A stretch of DNA of 33,617 nucleotides, taken from NCBI GenBank assembly GCA_964647265.1, contig CAZYGP010000002.1, positions 1 to 33,617 of the forward strand, given 5' to 3'. This document shows positions 1 to 9,621 of this stretch, one piece after another (position 1 is the stretch's first letter; each line of letters opens with the position of its first letter). The DNA comes from an uncultured Acidimicrobiaceae bacterium. Its GTDB lineage: Bacteria > Actinomycetota > Acidimicrobiia > Spongiisociales > UBA5794. The position numbers were made by a program, and so were the translations under genes. The notes beneath the pieces were generated by a model. It saw only the letters and a list, made by a program, of their open reading frames with translations, searched no databases and was not told the DNA's origin.

Positions 1-996
1 GTAGGCCGAGACGTCGTTCGCCTTGGTCTCGATGATCGGCAGGCCGGTGAGGGATCCACCTCCGAGCTCGTCTGACAGTTTCGCGCACCTCTCGAGGAGC
101 CGGCTGTGGAGGTAGAACACGTCGCCCGGGTACGCCTCACGCCCCGGTGGGCGCCTGAGGAGCAGCGAGATCTCTCGGTACGCGACCGCTTGCTTCGTCA
201 GGTCGTCGAAGATGACGAGCGCATGTTGGCCGTTGTACATCCAGTGCTGTCCGATGGCAGACCCTGCGTAGGGGGCGTACATCTGGAGCGCTGCCGAGTC
301 GCCTGCCGAGGCATTGACCACGACGCTGTACTCCATGGCGCCGTTGCGCTCGAGGATGTCGACCACTTCGGCGACCGTGGAGTTTTTTTGGCCGATGGCG
401 ACGTAGATGCACTTCACACCGAGGCCCTTCTGGGCCAGGATCGTGTCGACGACGATCGCCGTCTTTCCGGTCTGGCGGTCACCGATGATCAGCTGGCGCT
501 GGCCACGGCCGATCGGCGTCATCGCGTCGATCGCCTTGATGCCCGTCTGGAGCGGCTCGGATACGGGCTGGCGCTGGACGACGCTTGGTGCCTGGGTCTC
601 GAGCAACCGCCGTTCCGTGGTGCCGAGCTCCCCCTTGCCGTCGATCGGGATCCCGAGGGGGTTGACGACACGACCGAGGAGCGCATCACCCACCGGGATC
701 GACAGAACGCGGCCGGTCGAGCGCACCTCGTCGCCTTCCTCCACGCCGGAGGCGTCACCCATGATCACGGCACCGATGGAGTCCTCATCGAGGTTGAGGG
801 CGACACCGAGCAGGCCACCGGGGAACTCGAGGAGCTCGGAAGCCATCGCCTTCGGGAGGCCCGCCACGCGGGCGACCCCGTCACCGACGGACGTGACGTA
901 GCCCATTGTCTCTGACTCGAGGGAAGGTGACCAGCCCGCGAGATTGGAGCGGAGCGCGGATGTGATGTCGTCGGTGTTCAGTGTGAGTTCAGCCAT
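1..996 (-). CDS. atpA: F0F1 ATP synthase subunit alpha, N-terminal 332 codons (3' end lies beyond the left window edge)
   Basis: Absent from the ORF track because there is no stop in the window. The reverse complement reads in frame from ATG (994-996) as [22 protein letters not shown], through Walker [12 protein letters not shown] (about 470-500), to [11 protein letters not shown] at position 1. It lies directly downstream of atpH. Confidence 0.93.
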   Translation of the reverse strand, partial: MAELTLNTDDITSALRSNLAGWSPSLESETMGYVTSVGDGVARVAGLPKAMASELLEFPGGLLGVALNLDEDSIGAVIMGDASGVEEGDEVRSTGRVLSIPVGDALLGRVVNPLGIPIDGKGELGTTERRLLETQAPSVVQRQPVSEPLQTGIKAIDAMTPIGRGQRQLIIGDRQTGKTAIVVDTILAQKGLGVKCIYVAIGQKNSTVAEVVDILERNGAMEYSVVVNASAGDSAALQMYAPYAGSAIGQHWMYNGQHALVIFDDLTKQAVAYREISLLLRRPPGREAYPGDVFYLHSRLLERCAKLSDELGGGSLTGLPIIETKANDVSAY

Positions 997-1002
997 CGTG
1001 CC

Positions 1003-1548
1003 TCAGCCCCATTGCTCTCGAAGCTCGTCGAACCGACCCTGGATCGATCCGTCGAGCACGGTGTCTCCTACCTTTGTGACGAGTCCGCCGATCACTGAGG
1101 GATCGACGACGACCTTGACCTGAATGCGCTTCCCGGTCGCCCGAACAAGGGCCTCCTGGAGCCGCGAGATCTGTGATTCGTCGAGTTCCATGGGCGTACG
1201 CACTTCTGCGACGACCTCACCCTCGGCCTCCGCCGTGAGGTCTGCGAGCCTCCCGGCGATGTCCCTGAGATGCCTGGCCTGCCCTGCCGCAATGACGAAG
1301 TTGAGCGCGGCCACGGTGACACCGGACGCCCGGGATCCGAGGAGGTCGTTCACGATCCCGTGCTTGCGCTCCATGGGGATCGCGGGATCTCGCAACACCT
1401 CCATCAGCTCCGGGTTTGCCGCCACGGCGTTCGCAGCCGAGTAGAACTCGTCGGTGACCTTCGCATCCGCGCCCTCGGCCCGCGCGATGTCGAGCAGTGC
1501 GGACGCATACCCGTCGACCTTCGTTGCCTCAACGGTGGAGTGATCCAT
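1003..1548 (-). CDS. atpH: F0F1 ATP synthase subunit delta (OSCP)
   Basis: 181-aa ORF between atpF and atpA. It has a delta-like C-terminus (VVDPSVIGGLVTKVGDTVLDGSI) and an ATG start. Confidence 0.9.
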   Translation of the reverse strand: MDHSTVEATKVDGYASALLDIARAEGADAKVTDEFYSAANAVAANPELMEVLRDPAIPMERKHGIVNDLLGSRASGVTVAALNFVIAAGQARHLRDIAGRLADLTAEAEGEVVAEVRTPMELDESQISRLQEALVRATGKRIQVKVVVDPSVIGGLVTKVGDTVLDGSIQGRFDELREQWG

Positions 1549-1551
1549 CAG

Positions 1552-2109
1552 CTACTGAACCCCGCCGAGTTCTTCGATGTACCGGTCCACGAGTTGGCGT
1601 TGCCGATCGGCATCGATCGTTCCCCCGACGACACGTTCAGCCACCTCGATGGACAGGTCAGCGACCTGGCGTCGCAGGTCACCCGACACGCGTTCGCGCT
1701 CGGTGGAGATCTCGTCGTGGGCCCGCTCCTTGATCTGGTTCGCCTCGGTTTCCGCTCGCGCGACGATGTCGGCCTTGACGACCTCTCCGGCGTCCCTGGC
1801 ATCCGCGACGATCCGCGCCGCCTCATCCTTGGCGGATGCCATCTGGGCCCGGTAGTCCGAGAGCAGGCTCTCTGCTTCGAGCTTCGCCTTCTCGGCGGAT
1901 TCGTGTTCCGCCGCGATCTCCGCCTGACGGGCCTCGAGGGTCGCACTGAGGGCGGGAATCGCCCACTTCCAGATGAAGAAGAAGACGATCGAGAACGCGA
2001 TGATTCCCGCGATGAGTTCCTCGGATGCCGGCAGGAGAAGGTCGACCCCCCCGCTCTCGCCCGATTCCTCGACCGCAAGGATCATGGTTGCGTTGGCGTA
2101 CGTAAGCAT
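1552..2109 (-). CDS. atpF: F0F1 ATP synthase subunit b
   Basis: 185 aa with one N-terminal TM helix (IIAFSIVFFFIWKWAIP), then a long charged coiled-coil-like A/E/R-rich region. Position in the atpB-E-F-H-A order supports the call. Confidence 0.88.
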   Translation of the reverse strand: MLTYANATMILAVEESGESGGVDLLLPASEELIAGIIAFSIVFFFIWKWAIPALSATLEARQAEIAAEHESAEKAKLEAESLLSDYRAQMASAKDEAARIVADARDAGEVVKADIVARAETEANQIKERAHDEISTERERVSGDLRRQVADLSIEVAERVVGGTIDADRQRQLVDRYIEELGGVQ

Positions 2110-2124
2110 TCTTCGCTCCTCCGG

Positions 2125-2358
<234 letters not shown>

Positions 2359-2374
2359 TCAGACGGCACGTGGA

Positions 2375-3202
2375 TCAGTGTTCTGCGTTGACGGACGTTT
2401 CGATGTACACGGCGCTGAGCAGGGTGAAGATGTACGCCTGGAGCATGATCACGATGACCTCGAATACGAAGATCGCAAGGGCGAGCACCCACCATGCGAT
2501 GCCGAAGAGGCCCTTGACGGCGGAGATGTCTCCTGCGATGAACGCCGAAATCGACACGAACGCCGTCGTGAGGAGGAGCGACAGCATGACGTGGCCAGCC
2601 ACGAGGTTCGCGAAGAGCCGCACAGCGAGTGAGAAGGGGCGAACGAGGAAGGTTGAGAAGAACTCGATGACTCCCACCAGCGGTTTGAGGGCAACCGGGA
2701 CGCCCGGTGGCCAGATGATGGCGGTCAGGTAGCTGATCCCGTTGCGCTTGAAGCCCACGACGATGAAGATCACCCACGTGAGGAGGGCGAGGAAGAGTGG
2801 GAGCGCCATTCTCGAGGTGATCGGGAAGTTGATGAAGGGTGTCACCTCGAAGGCGTTCCCGATCAGGATGAAGATGAAGAGGGCCATGAGGTACGGGTAA
2901 TACCTGATCCCGACCGGGCCGATGATCCCGATCGCGATCTCGTCGCGGACGAAGGTCATGAGGCTCTCGATGCTGAGCTGGTACTTCGACGGCCTCGTGG
3001 CCTTCTTGCGCAACCCGAAATAGATGAGGCCGACGGCCAGCGCGGCGGCAAGGAAGATCAGGAAGACCGTCCGGGTGATGGGGAAGCCGAGGACATTGAC
3101 GATCTCATCGCGGAACTCGAACAGGTCGGTGACGTTCTCGGGAGCGCATACCGCGTTCTCCGACAGGTCGCATTCCTCGATCGCGAGTATCAGTTCGTCC
3201 AC
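2375..3202 (-). CDS. atpB: F0F1 ATP synthase subunit a
   Basis: 275-aa polytopic membrane ORF with the subunit-a signature region SLAVRLFANLVAGH (essential Arg). GTG start; precedes atpE. Confidence 0.9.
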   Translation of the reverse strand: MDELILAIEECDLSENAVCAPENVTDLFEFRDEIVNVLGFPITRTVFLIFLAAALAVGLIYFGLRKKATRPSKYQLSIESLMTFVRDEIAIGIIGPVGIRYYPYLMALFIFILIGNAFEVTPFINFPITSRMALPLFLALLTWVIFIVVGFKRNGISYLTAIIWPPGVPVALKPLVGVIEFFSTFLVRPFSLAVRLFANLVAGHVMLSLLLTTAFVSISAFIAGDISAVKGLFGIAWWVLALAIFVFEVIVIMLQAYIFTLLSAVYIETSVNAEH

Positions 3203-3648
3203 TCGAGTTCCCTTTCCGCGCCCTTGGCGACCGCTACCGCTTCCAGCGAGAGCAGCACGAGATAACTGACAACCACTGAAACGCCCATGGCCACCCGGTC
3301 GATGTCGACCATGTTCACGATGAGCACCATCGTCAACGTGATGAGGCCAAGACGGATGAAGAATCCGAACAGCGCGGCGGCATGATACATGCCGAGGGAC
3401 ACTCCCGCAGCCGTCGCCAGGATGTACCCGCCGAGGACGAAGTTGACCACCACGATGGCGATTCCGACGGCCGACGACACCGCTGCGAGCAACCCTCCGG
3501 TGATGGCGAACACGATGACGATGAGGGGAGCGACGATGACGGCCCGCTTGGCGATGTTGCGACCGATGATCGCCTCAACGGGGCGCTTCTCTGACGACGG
3601 CGAGTGCATCACGGACGGGTCGAAAGCGTCTTCAGACACCGTGGGCAC
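3190..3648 (-). CDS. Small polytopic membrane protein upstream of atpB (AtpI-like candidate)
   Basis: 152-aa hydrophobic ORF with about 4 predicted TM segments. It overlaps the atpB start by 13 nt and the upstream atpZ-like stop. The assignment rests mainly on position. The start is uncertain: GTG at 3648 or ATG at 3609. Confidence 0.5.
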   Translation of the reverse strand: MPTVSEDAFDPSVMHSPSSEKRPVEAIIGRNIAKRAVIVAPLIVIVFAITGGLLAAVSSAVGIAIVVVNFVLGGYILATAAGVSLGMYHAAALFGFFIRLGLITLTMVLIVNMVDIDRVAMGVSVVVSYLVLLSLEAVAVAKGAERELEWTN

Positions 3649-3913
3649 GCTTTCTGCCTTCTTCGTCGAGCACAGCTGATGCCTGCCACAGCCTCCAGAA
3701 GCCTATGCACATACCCGCAAGGGTCCAGAGGATCACCATGATCGGTGAGGTGGACAGGAACCAGTCGAGCAGGAGTCCAATGAGGAGGCCTGAGACGATG
3801 TACGAGATCAGGTCGGCGTTCTTCGAGAAGGCCCCTGTGATGGCATCACGGTCAGGAACATGCGCCGAGGACTTGGTCGTCACGTCGTCGTTGGAGGTGT
3901 CATGGTCACTCAC
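3632..3913 (-). CDS. AtpZ/AtpI-family small membrane protein (putative F0F1-ATPase accessory subunit)
   Basis: The segment FSKNADLISYIVSGLLIGLLLDWFLSTSPIMVILWTLAGMCIGFWRLW resembles the two-helix AtpZ family. I chose the GTG at 3911-3913 (VSDHDTS...) rather than the ORF-track start at 3985. First gene of the atp cluster. Confidence 0.55.
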   Translation of the reverse strand: MSDHDTSNDDVTTKSSAHVPDRDAITGAFSKNADLISYIVSGLLIGLLLDWFLSTSPIMVILWTLAGMCIGFWRLWQASAVLDEEGRKRAHGV

Positions 3914-4030
3914 GGGCCATCCTCGAGGGCGCAAACCGGTTCGTCGTGCGGGGCAGGGTACCTCGGTCGTGCACACGAGTCGCAATCGGCTACGGAGCGG
4001 TGGTGCGGGCCGCGCTGCGCCACAGTCGTG

Positions 4031-5302
4031 TCAGACGTATCCGTTGAACTCGACCGGATAGGCGGGGAAGGCCCTCGCGAGTTCGGCGACCCTCCCTCGC
4101 AGCTGGTCGAGCACACCAGGATCGTTCCGCCTGCGGAGGATCTCGACGATGGCATTGCCGAGAGTGACCATCTGCTCCTGCTTCATCCCTGCGGTCGTAA
4201 CCGCAGGCGTGCCGATGCGAATACCCGAGGTGATGAAGGGTGAACGCGGGTCGAACGGGATCGCATTCCTGTTGAGGGTCACCCCCATCTCATCGAGGAG
4301 TGAGGCGGCGTCCTTGCCTGTGAGCTCCTCATCGATGGATCGAAGGTCCGTGAGGAACATGTGGTTCTCAGTGCCGCCCGACACGACCCTCGCACCTGCA
4401 CCGATCATCGCTTCTGCGAGTACCGATGCGTTGCGAACGATCTGCTGTGCATATTGGGCGAACTCCTCCGATGCGGCTTGTTTGAAACACAGCGCCTTGC
4501 CCGCGATCTGATGGTTGATGGCCCCACCTTGTGCGTAGGGGAAGACGCTCTTGTCGATCGCCTTTGCGTGTTCTTCGACGGAGAGGATCAACCCGCCACG
4601 TGGCCCACGCAGCGCCTTGTGCGTCGTTGCCGTGACGATGTGGGCATGGGGCACAGGAGATGGATGGGCCCCTCCCGCGATGAGCCCGATGATGTGCGCG
4701 GCATCGACGAGGAAGATGGCTCCAACCTCATCTGCAATCGCCCGGAACGCCGCCCAGTCGATGAGCCGGGAGTACGCCGAATACCCGGCGACGATGAGTT
4801 TCGGCCTGTGCTCTATCGCCGCGGCACGCACCTGATCGAGATCGATCGTCTCGGTCACCGGGTCGACCCCATATGCGACGAAGTTGAAGAGGTTCCCCGA
4901 GAAGTTGACCGGTGAGCCGTGTGTCAGATGGCCGCCCTGATCCAGTGCCATGCCGAGGATCGTGTCACCCGGTTCGAGCACGGCGAGGTAGGCGGCCATG
5001 TTCGCCTGCGAACCCGAATGCGCCTGGACGTTCGCATGATCAGCACCGAAGAGGGACGTTGCCCTTTGTATCGCCAGGTTCTCGATCTCATCGATCACCT
5101 CGCAGCCCTCGTAGTAGCGCCGTCCCGGGTACCCCTCCGAGTACTTGTTCGCGAGCACGCTTCCGGATGCCTGCATCATGGCGTAGCTGACGAAGTTCTC
5201 GGATGCGATCAGCTGGATGTGGCTTCGCTGCCGCTGGGCGTCCTTCGCGACGAGCGCGGCGAGGGTCGGGTCCGCTGCGGACAGCGGTGTCATGTCGGTC
5301 AT
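4031..5302 (-). CDS. glyA: Serine hydroxymethyltransferase
   Basis: Motifs IASENF and the PLP-lysine region [12 protein letters not shown]. Start ATG at 5300-5302 ([12 protein letters not shown]) is preceded by AGGAG; the ORF-track start at 5326 is rejected. Confidence 0.93.
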   Translation of the reverse strand: MTDMTPLSAADPTLAALVAKDAQRQRSHIQLIASENFVSYAMMQASGSVLANKYSEGYPGRRYYEGCEVIDEIENLAIQRATSLFGADHANVQAHSGSQANMAAYLAVLEPGDTILGMALDQGGHLTHGSPVNFSGNLFNFVAYGVDPVTETIDLDQVRAAAIEHRPKLIVAGYSAYSRLIDWAAFRAIADEVGAIFLVDAAHIIGLIAGGAHPSPVPHAHIVTATTHKALRGPRGGLILSVEEHAKAIDKSVFPYAQGGAINHQIAGKALCFKQAASEEFAQYAQQIVRNASVLAEAMIGAGARVVSGGTENHMFLTDLRSIDEELTGKDAASLLDEMGVTLNRNAIPFDPRSPFITSGIRIGTPAVTTAGMKQEQMVTLGNAIVEILRRRNDPGVLDQLRGRVAELARAFPAYPVEFNGYV

Positions 5303-5364
5303 CGGAGCTCCTGTTGGCGGTCGCATGGGAATCTAGTGCCCTGAGTTGCCGGACCGGCCACGAG

Positions 5365-5877
5365 TCAGTCGCCCCCTCCTGCCGCCCCTGCCCGGACCCT
5401 GTCGTAGTAGATGTCGGTGATTGCGAGGCCAGGAAAGACGACGATCGGAGCGACAAGACCGTAGACCGTCGGGTCGATCCGGTACAGAGCCACTGCCATG
5501 AACGTGAGCGCGCCAATTGCGGCGACGCGCACTCCGACCCTGATCCGATCATCGCCCGGTTCGAGGCCGAACGCCCCGGCAACACCTGCTGCCATGACTG
5601 GTGTTGCGACAGCGAAGGTGTCGGTGCCCGTGATCTGGAACCCGATGATGAGGGCGATACCGGTTCCCAGGCCGATGAGGGAGGATCGGAACCCCGTGCC
5701 GAACGGGTCGTCGGCGCCCGAGAAGCCTGCGAGGGCGTATGAGGCGAAGACGAGTCCGAACGCGACGATCACGAACGCGACGATCCGCTCGCTCGAGACG
5801 GCGAGGAACCCGAACCACAGCGCGATCGCCCAGACGAGGGTCGCGACGGTCACCGCGAACCACCGGTTCGGGGTCAC
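5365..5877 (-). CDS. Hypothetical polytopic membrane protein (about 170 aa)
   Basis: Hydrophobic ORF (VTPNRWFAVTVATLVWAIALWFGFLAV...). Its GTG start at 5875-5877 forms a GTGA overlap with the stop of the upstream sua5/tsaC gene. The longer ORF-track version overlaps that gene and is rejected. No family recognised. Confidence 0.55.
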   Translation of the reverse strand: MTPNRWFAVTVATLVWAIALWFGFLAVSSERIVAFVIVAFGLVFASYALAGFSGADDPFGTGFRSSLIGLGTGIALIIGFQITGTDTFAVATPVMAAGVAGAFGLEPGDDRIRVGVRVAAIGALTFMAVALYRIDPTVYGLVAPIVVFPGLAITDIYYDRVRAGAAGGGD

Positions 5878-6434
5878 AGGACGATGGGCCCGTCCCGCAA
5901 CACCATCTCCGAGGGCTGTGTCAGGTCCACGAGCGTCGACGGCTCGCCGCCACCGGGATCGCCTTGCAGGTAGGTCAGAACATGATCGGCGAACACCGCT
6001 TGGGCCTCGCTGGCAGAGTTCGCGGGTTCCCCTGACGAGAGGTTCGCAGAAGTCACAGCGAGCGGGCCAGCGAGGCGCAGCAGTTCCAGCGTCACAGGAT
6101 GGTCGGGGCAGCGCAAGGCGATCGTCCGGCGGCGCGTGTCGCCGAGCCACGTCGGCGCGGTGTCCAGCCTCGGTACGACGAGGGTCACAGCCCCCGGCCA
6201 ATGGCGCTCGGCGAGGTCGAGCGCGCGATCCGACATGGCGCCAAGGAGGAGTCCCTGGTCGAGGTCCGCCACCAGCAGCGCGATCGGTTTGCGTTCCTCG
6301 CGTCCCTTGAGGTCGTAGAGCCGCTCCAGGGCTGCCTCGTCGTAGGGATCTGCGGCCAAGCCGTACACAGTGTCGGTCGGCACGCCGATGACCTCACCGC
6401 GCTTGATGGCCCGTGCAGCAGCAGAAACATCCAC
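5874..6434 (-). CDS. tsaC: L-threonylcarbamoyladenylate synthase (YrdC/Sua5 domain only)
   Basis: YrdC-domain signature AIKRGEVIGVPTDTVYGLAADPYD...LYDLKGREERKPIALLV...SANLSGEP-like. Start placed at GTG 6432-6434, just downstream of the prmC stop; this start is approximate. Confidence 0.8.
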   Translation of the reverse strand: MDVSAAARAIKRGEVIGVPTDTVYGLAADPYDEAALERLYDLKGREERKPIALLVADLDQGLLLGAMSDRALDLAERHWPGAVTLVVPRLDTAPTWLGDTRRRTIALRCPDHPVTLELLRLAGPLAVTSANLSSGEPANSASEAQAVFADHVLTYLQGDPGGGEPSTLVDLTQPSEMVLRDGPIVL

Positions 6435-6463
6435 CAGTACCTCCCGTGCTCGAAACCACAACG

Positions 6464-7276
6464 CTACTCGACGCGACGTCTGCCGAACACGAACCGGTCC
6501 TTGCCGTACATGTCGGAGCGGACCTGTCCGCCGAGGGTCGCGAACATCGGAGCGACCGACTGCGCGTGGAACTCCGACACCTCGCATGCCACCACTCCGC
6601 CGGGTGAAAGCCACTCCGGTGCCGCCGCAGCGATTCGTGCCACGATCTCATCCCCCCGTGGACCTGACACGAGGGCGATCACCGGCTCGCGACGAACGTC
6701 CCTGGACAGGCCCTCGAGTTCTGACTCAGCGAGGTACGGCGGGTTTGCGACGAGCAGATCGACCGCTCCCTCGATCTCCCTCGGCAGGGAATCGAAGAGG
6801 TCACCGAGGTGGAACGAGATGGAGACACCGTTCATCTCGGCGTTCGCTGCCGCGACCGACAACGCATCGGCAGAGACGTCGGTTCCGTACACGGTTGCTC
6901 CTGGGAACGTCGCCGCGAGCGCGACGGCGAGATTCCCGCTTCCCGTGCAGAGGTCGACGATCACGGCCGGCTCGTCGACGACGTCGCGCACCAACGTGAA
7001 GAGCTCCTCCGTCTCGGGACGGGGAATCAGCACGCGCTCATCGACGACGATCGTGACTGGCCCGAATGGGACGGATCCCTCGAGGTACTGGAGGGGTTCC
7101 CCCTCGAGCCGTCGAACCTCGAGATCGGTGAACCGTGCAATCTGGGAGTCGTCGAGTGGTACGCCGATGCCGACGTCGACCGCGGATCGGCCCGTCACGA
7201 TGGTGAGCAGACGCCGGGCCTCATGGCGTGGCAGGGCGGTTCGTCGGAGGATGTCGGTAGTCGTGTGCACGATCAA
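6464..7276 (-). CDS. prmC: Peptide chain release factor N5-glutamine methyltransferase
   Basis: SAM-binding DLCTGSGNLA and catalytic NPPY (LLVANPPYL). Lies immediately after prfA. Start is TTG at 7274-7276 (TTGA overlap with the prfA stop) or GTG at 7268-7270. Confidence 0.88.
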   Translation of the reverse strand: MIVHTTTDILRRTALPRHEARRLLTIVTGRSAVDVGIGVPLDDSQIARFTDLEVRRLEGEPLQYLEGSVPFGPVTIVVDERVLIPRPETEELFTLVRDVVDEPAVIVDLCTGSGNLAVALAATFPGATVYGTDVSADALSVAAANAEMNGVSISFHLGDLFDSLPREIEGAVDLLVANPPYLAESELEGLSRDVRREPVIALVSGPRGDEIVARIAAAAPEWLSPGGVVACEVSEFHAQSVAPMFATLGGQVRSDMYGKDRFVFGRRRVE

Positions 7277-8352
7277 CCGTCGGAGGCGAGGCTCCGTGCG
7301 ACATCGTCGGAGATGAGCGCATCGTGGATGTCATCGAGGTCGCCGTCCAGCACGGCGGGAAGTGCATGGATCGTGAGACCGATCCGATGGTCGGTGACGC
7401 GGTTCTCCTTGAAGTTGTATGTCCGGATCTTCTCGGATCGCTCGCCGGAACCGACCTGGGACTTGCGGACGGAGGCGCGTTCGCCGAGTTGTTCCTGGAT
7501 CTGGAACTGGTACATCCTGGCCCGAAGGACGCGCATGGCCTTGAGCTTGTTCTGGAGCTGCGACTTCTCGTCCTGGCACGACACGACGATGCCGGTCGGC
7601 TTGTGCGTGATCCGCACGGCGGAGTCCGTCGTGTTCACGGATTGGCCGCCAGGACCTTGGGACCGCATCGTCTCGATGACCAGATCACTGTCGTTGATGT
7701 GGACTTCAACGTCCTCGACCTCGGGCAGGACCGCAACGGTGCCGATGGACGTGTGGATTCGTCCCTGGGACTCGGTTCTCGGAACCCGCTGGACGCGATG
7801 CGGTCCCGCCTCATACTTGAAGCGGGCATAGACGTTGCGACCCTTGACAGCGAACGTCGCCTCCTTGATCCCCCCACCGTCGGTCGGTGAGATGTCGATG
7901 GGTTCGATCGTCCAACCGGAACGCTCAGCGAACCGTTCGTACATGCGGTACAGGTCACCTGCCCACAGGGCCGCCTCGTCGCCCCCCGCTGCCGACCGGA
8001 TCTCGACGATGACGTCTTTGTCGTCGTCGGGATCCCTCGGCACGAGGAGCTTCCGGAGCTCAGCCTCGAGGGCATTCGCCTCGGCGCTTCGCGACTCGAT
8101 GGTCTCGCTGAGGTATGCCCGCATCTCGGGGTCGACTTCAGTCGAAGCCATCTCGGTGGCTTCCGCAACTTCGTGGGATGCTTCCCGGTAGCGGCGGTAC
8201 GCCTCGACGACCGGCTTGAGTTCGGCGTGGCGTGTCGAGACATCGACGTATCGCTGCTGATCCGCATGGATGGTTTGGTCGGAGAGCTGGATCATCGTGT
8301 CCTCGAAAGCTGCCTCTGCAGCTTCGAGTCGCTCGATGAGCCTGTCATCCAT
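7273..8352 (-). CDS. prfA: Peptide chain release factor 1
   Basis: GGQ motif (RSQGPGGQSVNTTDSAVRITH) and the RF1-type PxT region (PEVEDVEV...). True start ATG at 8350-8352 (MDDRLIERLEAAE). The 565-aa track ORF is an upstream run-on. Confidence 0.93.
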   Translation of the reverse strand: MDDRLIERLEAAEAAFEDTMIQLSDQTIHADQQRYVDVSTRHAELKPVVEAYRRYREASHEVAEATEMASTEVDPEMRAYLSETIESRSAEANALEAELRKLLVPRDPDDDKDVIVEIRSAAGGDEAALWAGDLYRMYERFAERSGWTIEPIDISPTDGGGIKEATFAVKGRNVYARFKYEAGPHRVQRVPRTESQGRIHTSIGTVAVLPEVEDVEVHINDSDLVIETMRSQGPGGQSVNTTDSAVRITHKPTGIVVSCQDEKSQLQNKLKAMRVLRARMYQFQIQEQLGERASVRKSQVGSGERSEKIRTYNFKENRVTDHRIGLTIHALPAVLDGDLDDIHDALISDDVARSLASDG

Positions 8353-9289
8353 CGCGGTCACCGAGGTCGAACTCGGCGGCAAGAGCTCCCGGATCGATGT
8401 CACCTCTTGCGCGTACCTCGTCGACCTGTTGGGGGTCGAGCGCTGCGAGCAATGAGGCGACAGCGACCTCGACCTGACGGTCGTCCGGTTCCTTCGTCGT
8501 GATGGCTTGGATCCAGATACCGGGGCGCGATGCCCACCCGAGCCAGGGAGTTCCGGCTGCCGAGCGCAGGATCTCGTATGAGAGGCCCGCGATGACCGGG
8601 ATGAGGAGGATGCGTGCGAGGATCTGCCATAGGAATGGCAGCGGGGCGAGGGTGAGGAACACGACGAACGACACCATCGCGACGATGATGATGAACGAGG
8701 TCCCGCACCGCGGATGTCGAGGGCTGTACACCTGGATCGAAACGATGTCGAGGGGGTCGCCGTTCTCGTATGCGTGGATCGTCTTGTGCTCTGCGCCGTG
8801 ATACTGGAACACCCGCTGGATGTCGGGATTGCGTCCAATGAGCCAGATATACGCAACGACGAGGACGATTCGCAGGATGCCGTCGATGACGACGAAGGCC
8901 AGGGCATTTCCGCCGACGAGATCCTTGATCCAGTTCGCAGCGAAGGCGGGCCCCAGGACGAAGATGCCAAGGGCCGCGACGATTGCGATCACCATCGTGA
9001 GGATGATCTCTCGACGTCCGATCTCCTCGTCCTCGTCCCCGGCGCGTTGCGCCGACCACGAGAGGGCCTTGAAACCAAGCGAGAGGGATTCGGCGAGCAC
9101 GAAGATGCCACGGAGGAACGGCACACGAGCCCACCGGTTGCGTGACGTGAGCGCAGATAGTTCGTTGCGCTTCGCTTCGATCACGCCGTCGGGACGTCGT
9201 ACGGCTACGGCCCAGGCGTCAGGGGCTCGCATCATGACGCCCTCGATGACCGCCTGGCCACCGACGGTGGCGCCAGGGGATCGACTCAA
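8345..9289 (-). CDS. DUF1385-family membrane protein (YqhQ-like)
   Basis: N-terminal GGQAVIEGVMMR, a central HGAEHK motif and several TM helices. Only TTG (9287-9289) is available as a start ahead of the conserved N-terminus. It abuts the rpmE stop and overlaps the prfA start by 8 nt. Confidence 0.75.
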   Translation of the reverse strand: MSRSPGATVGGQAVIEGVMMRAPDAWAVAVRRPDGVIEAKRNELSALTSRNRWARVPFLRGIFVLAESLSLGFKALSWSAQRAGDEDEEIGRREIILTMVIAIVAALGIFVLGPAFAANWIKDLVGGNALAFVVIDGILRIVLVVAYIWLIGRNPDIQRVFQYHGAEHKTIHAYENGDPLDIVSIQVYSPRHPRCGTSFIIIVAMVSFVVFLTLAPLPFLWQILARILLIPVIAGLSYEILRSAAGTPWLGWASRPGIWIQAITTKEPDDRQVEVAVASLLAALDPQQVDEVRARGDIDPGALAAEFDLGDRDG

Positions 9290-9583
9290 CTATGCCTCCG
9301 CGTCTGCGGCGTCCGAGGCTTCCACCGTCTTCGCGGTGCCGGCCTGGCCGTACCGTCGACGGAAGCGCTCGACGCGACCGGTGGTGTCCACGAGGATCTG
9401 CTTGCCGGTATAGAACGGGTGGCTGGCAGACGATATCTCCACTTTGGCGAGCGGATACGTGTTCCCGTCATCCCACTCGATGGTGTCGGTGGTCTCGATG
9501 GTGGACTTCGTGAGGAACTGGAAGTCCGAGGACGTGTCCTGGAACACGACAGGGCGGTAGTTCGGGTGGGTGTCGGGCTTCAC
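9290..9583 (-). CDS. rpmE: 50S ribosomal protein L31, Cys-less (type B-like)
   Basis: [16 protein letters not shown]...[29 protein letters not shown] matches the L31 fold but contains no cysteine. GTG start at 9581-9583 has AGGAGAG upstream. It has an Ala/Asp-rich C-terminal tail. Confidence 0.85.
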   Translation of the reverse strand: MKPDTHPNYRPVVFQDTSSDFQFLTKSTIETTDTIEWDDGNTYPLAKVEISSASHPFYTGKQILVDTTGRVERFRRRYGQAGTAKTVEASDAADAEA

Positions 9584-9621
9584 GGGCTCTCCTGATCGAT
9601 TCGTGAACTGTAGCGGGGTTC

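Noticed and set aside
106-915. 269-aa plus-strand ORF, and several others, at the left edge
   Set aside because: The minus strand here encodes an unmistakable atpA N-terminal half (Walker A, conserved end [11 protein letters not shown]). That gene is missing from the track only because it has no stop inside the window.
5878-6614. Long track versions of the membrane-protein ORF (to 6201) and the tsaC ORF (to 6614)
   Set aside because: The extensions overlap the neighbouring, better-supported genes (tsaC and prmC respectively) and are Arg/Pro-rich. Internal GTG starts give compact, non-overlapping or GTGA-coupled genes.
6099-7316. 405-aa plus-strand ORF across tsaC/prmC
   Set aside because: It is antisense to two recognisable genes, and its Ser/Arg/Thr-rich low complexity carries no motifs.
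8353-8970. N-terminal 206-aa extension of the prfA track ORF (7273..8970)
   Set aside because: The extension is Ser/Arg-rich and lies out of frame over the DUF1385 gene. RF1 homology begins at MDDRLIERL (ATG 8352).
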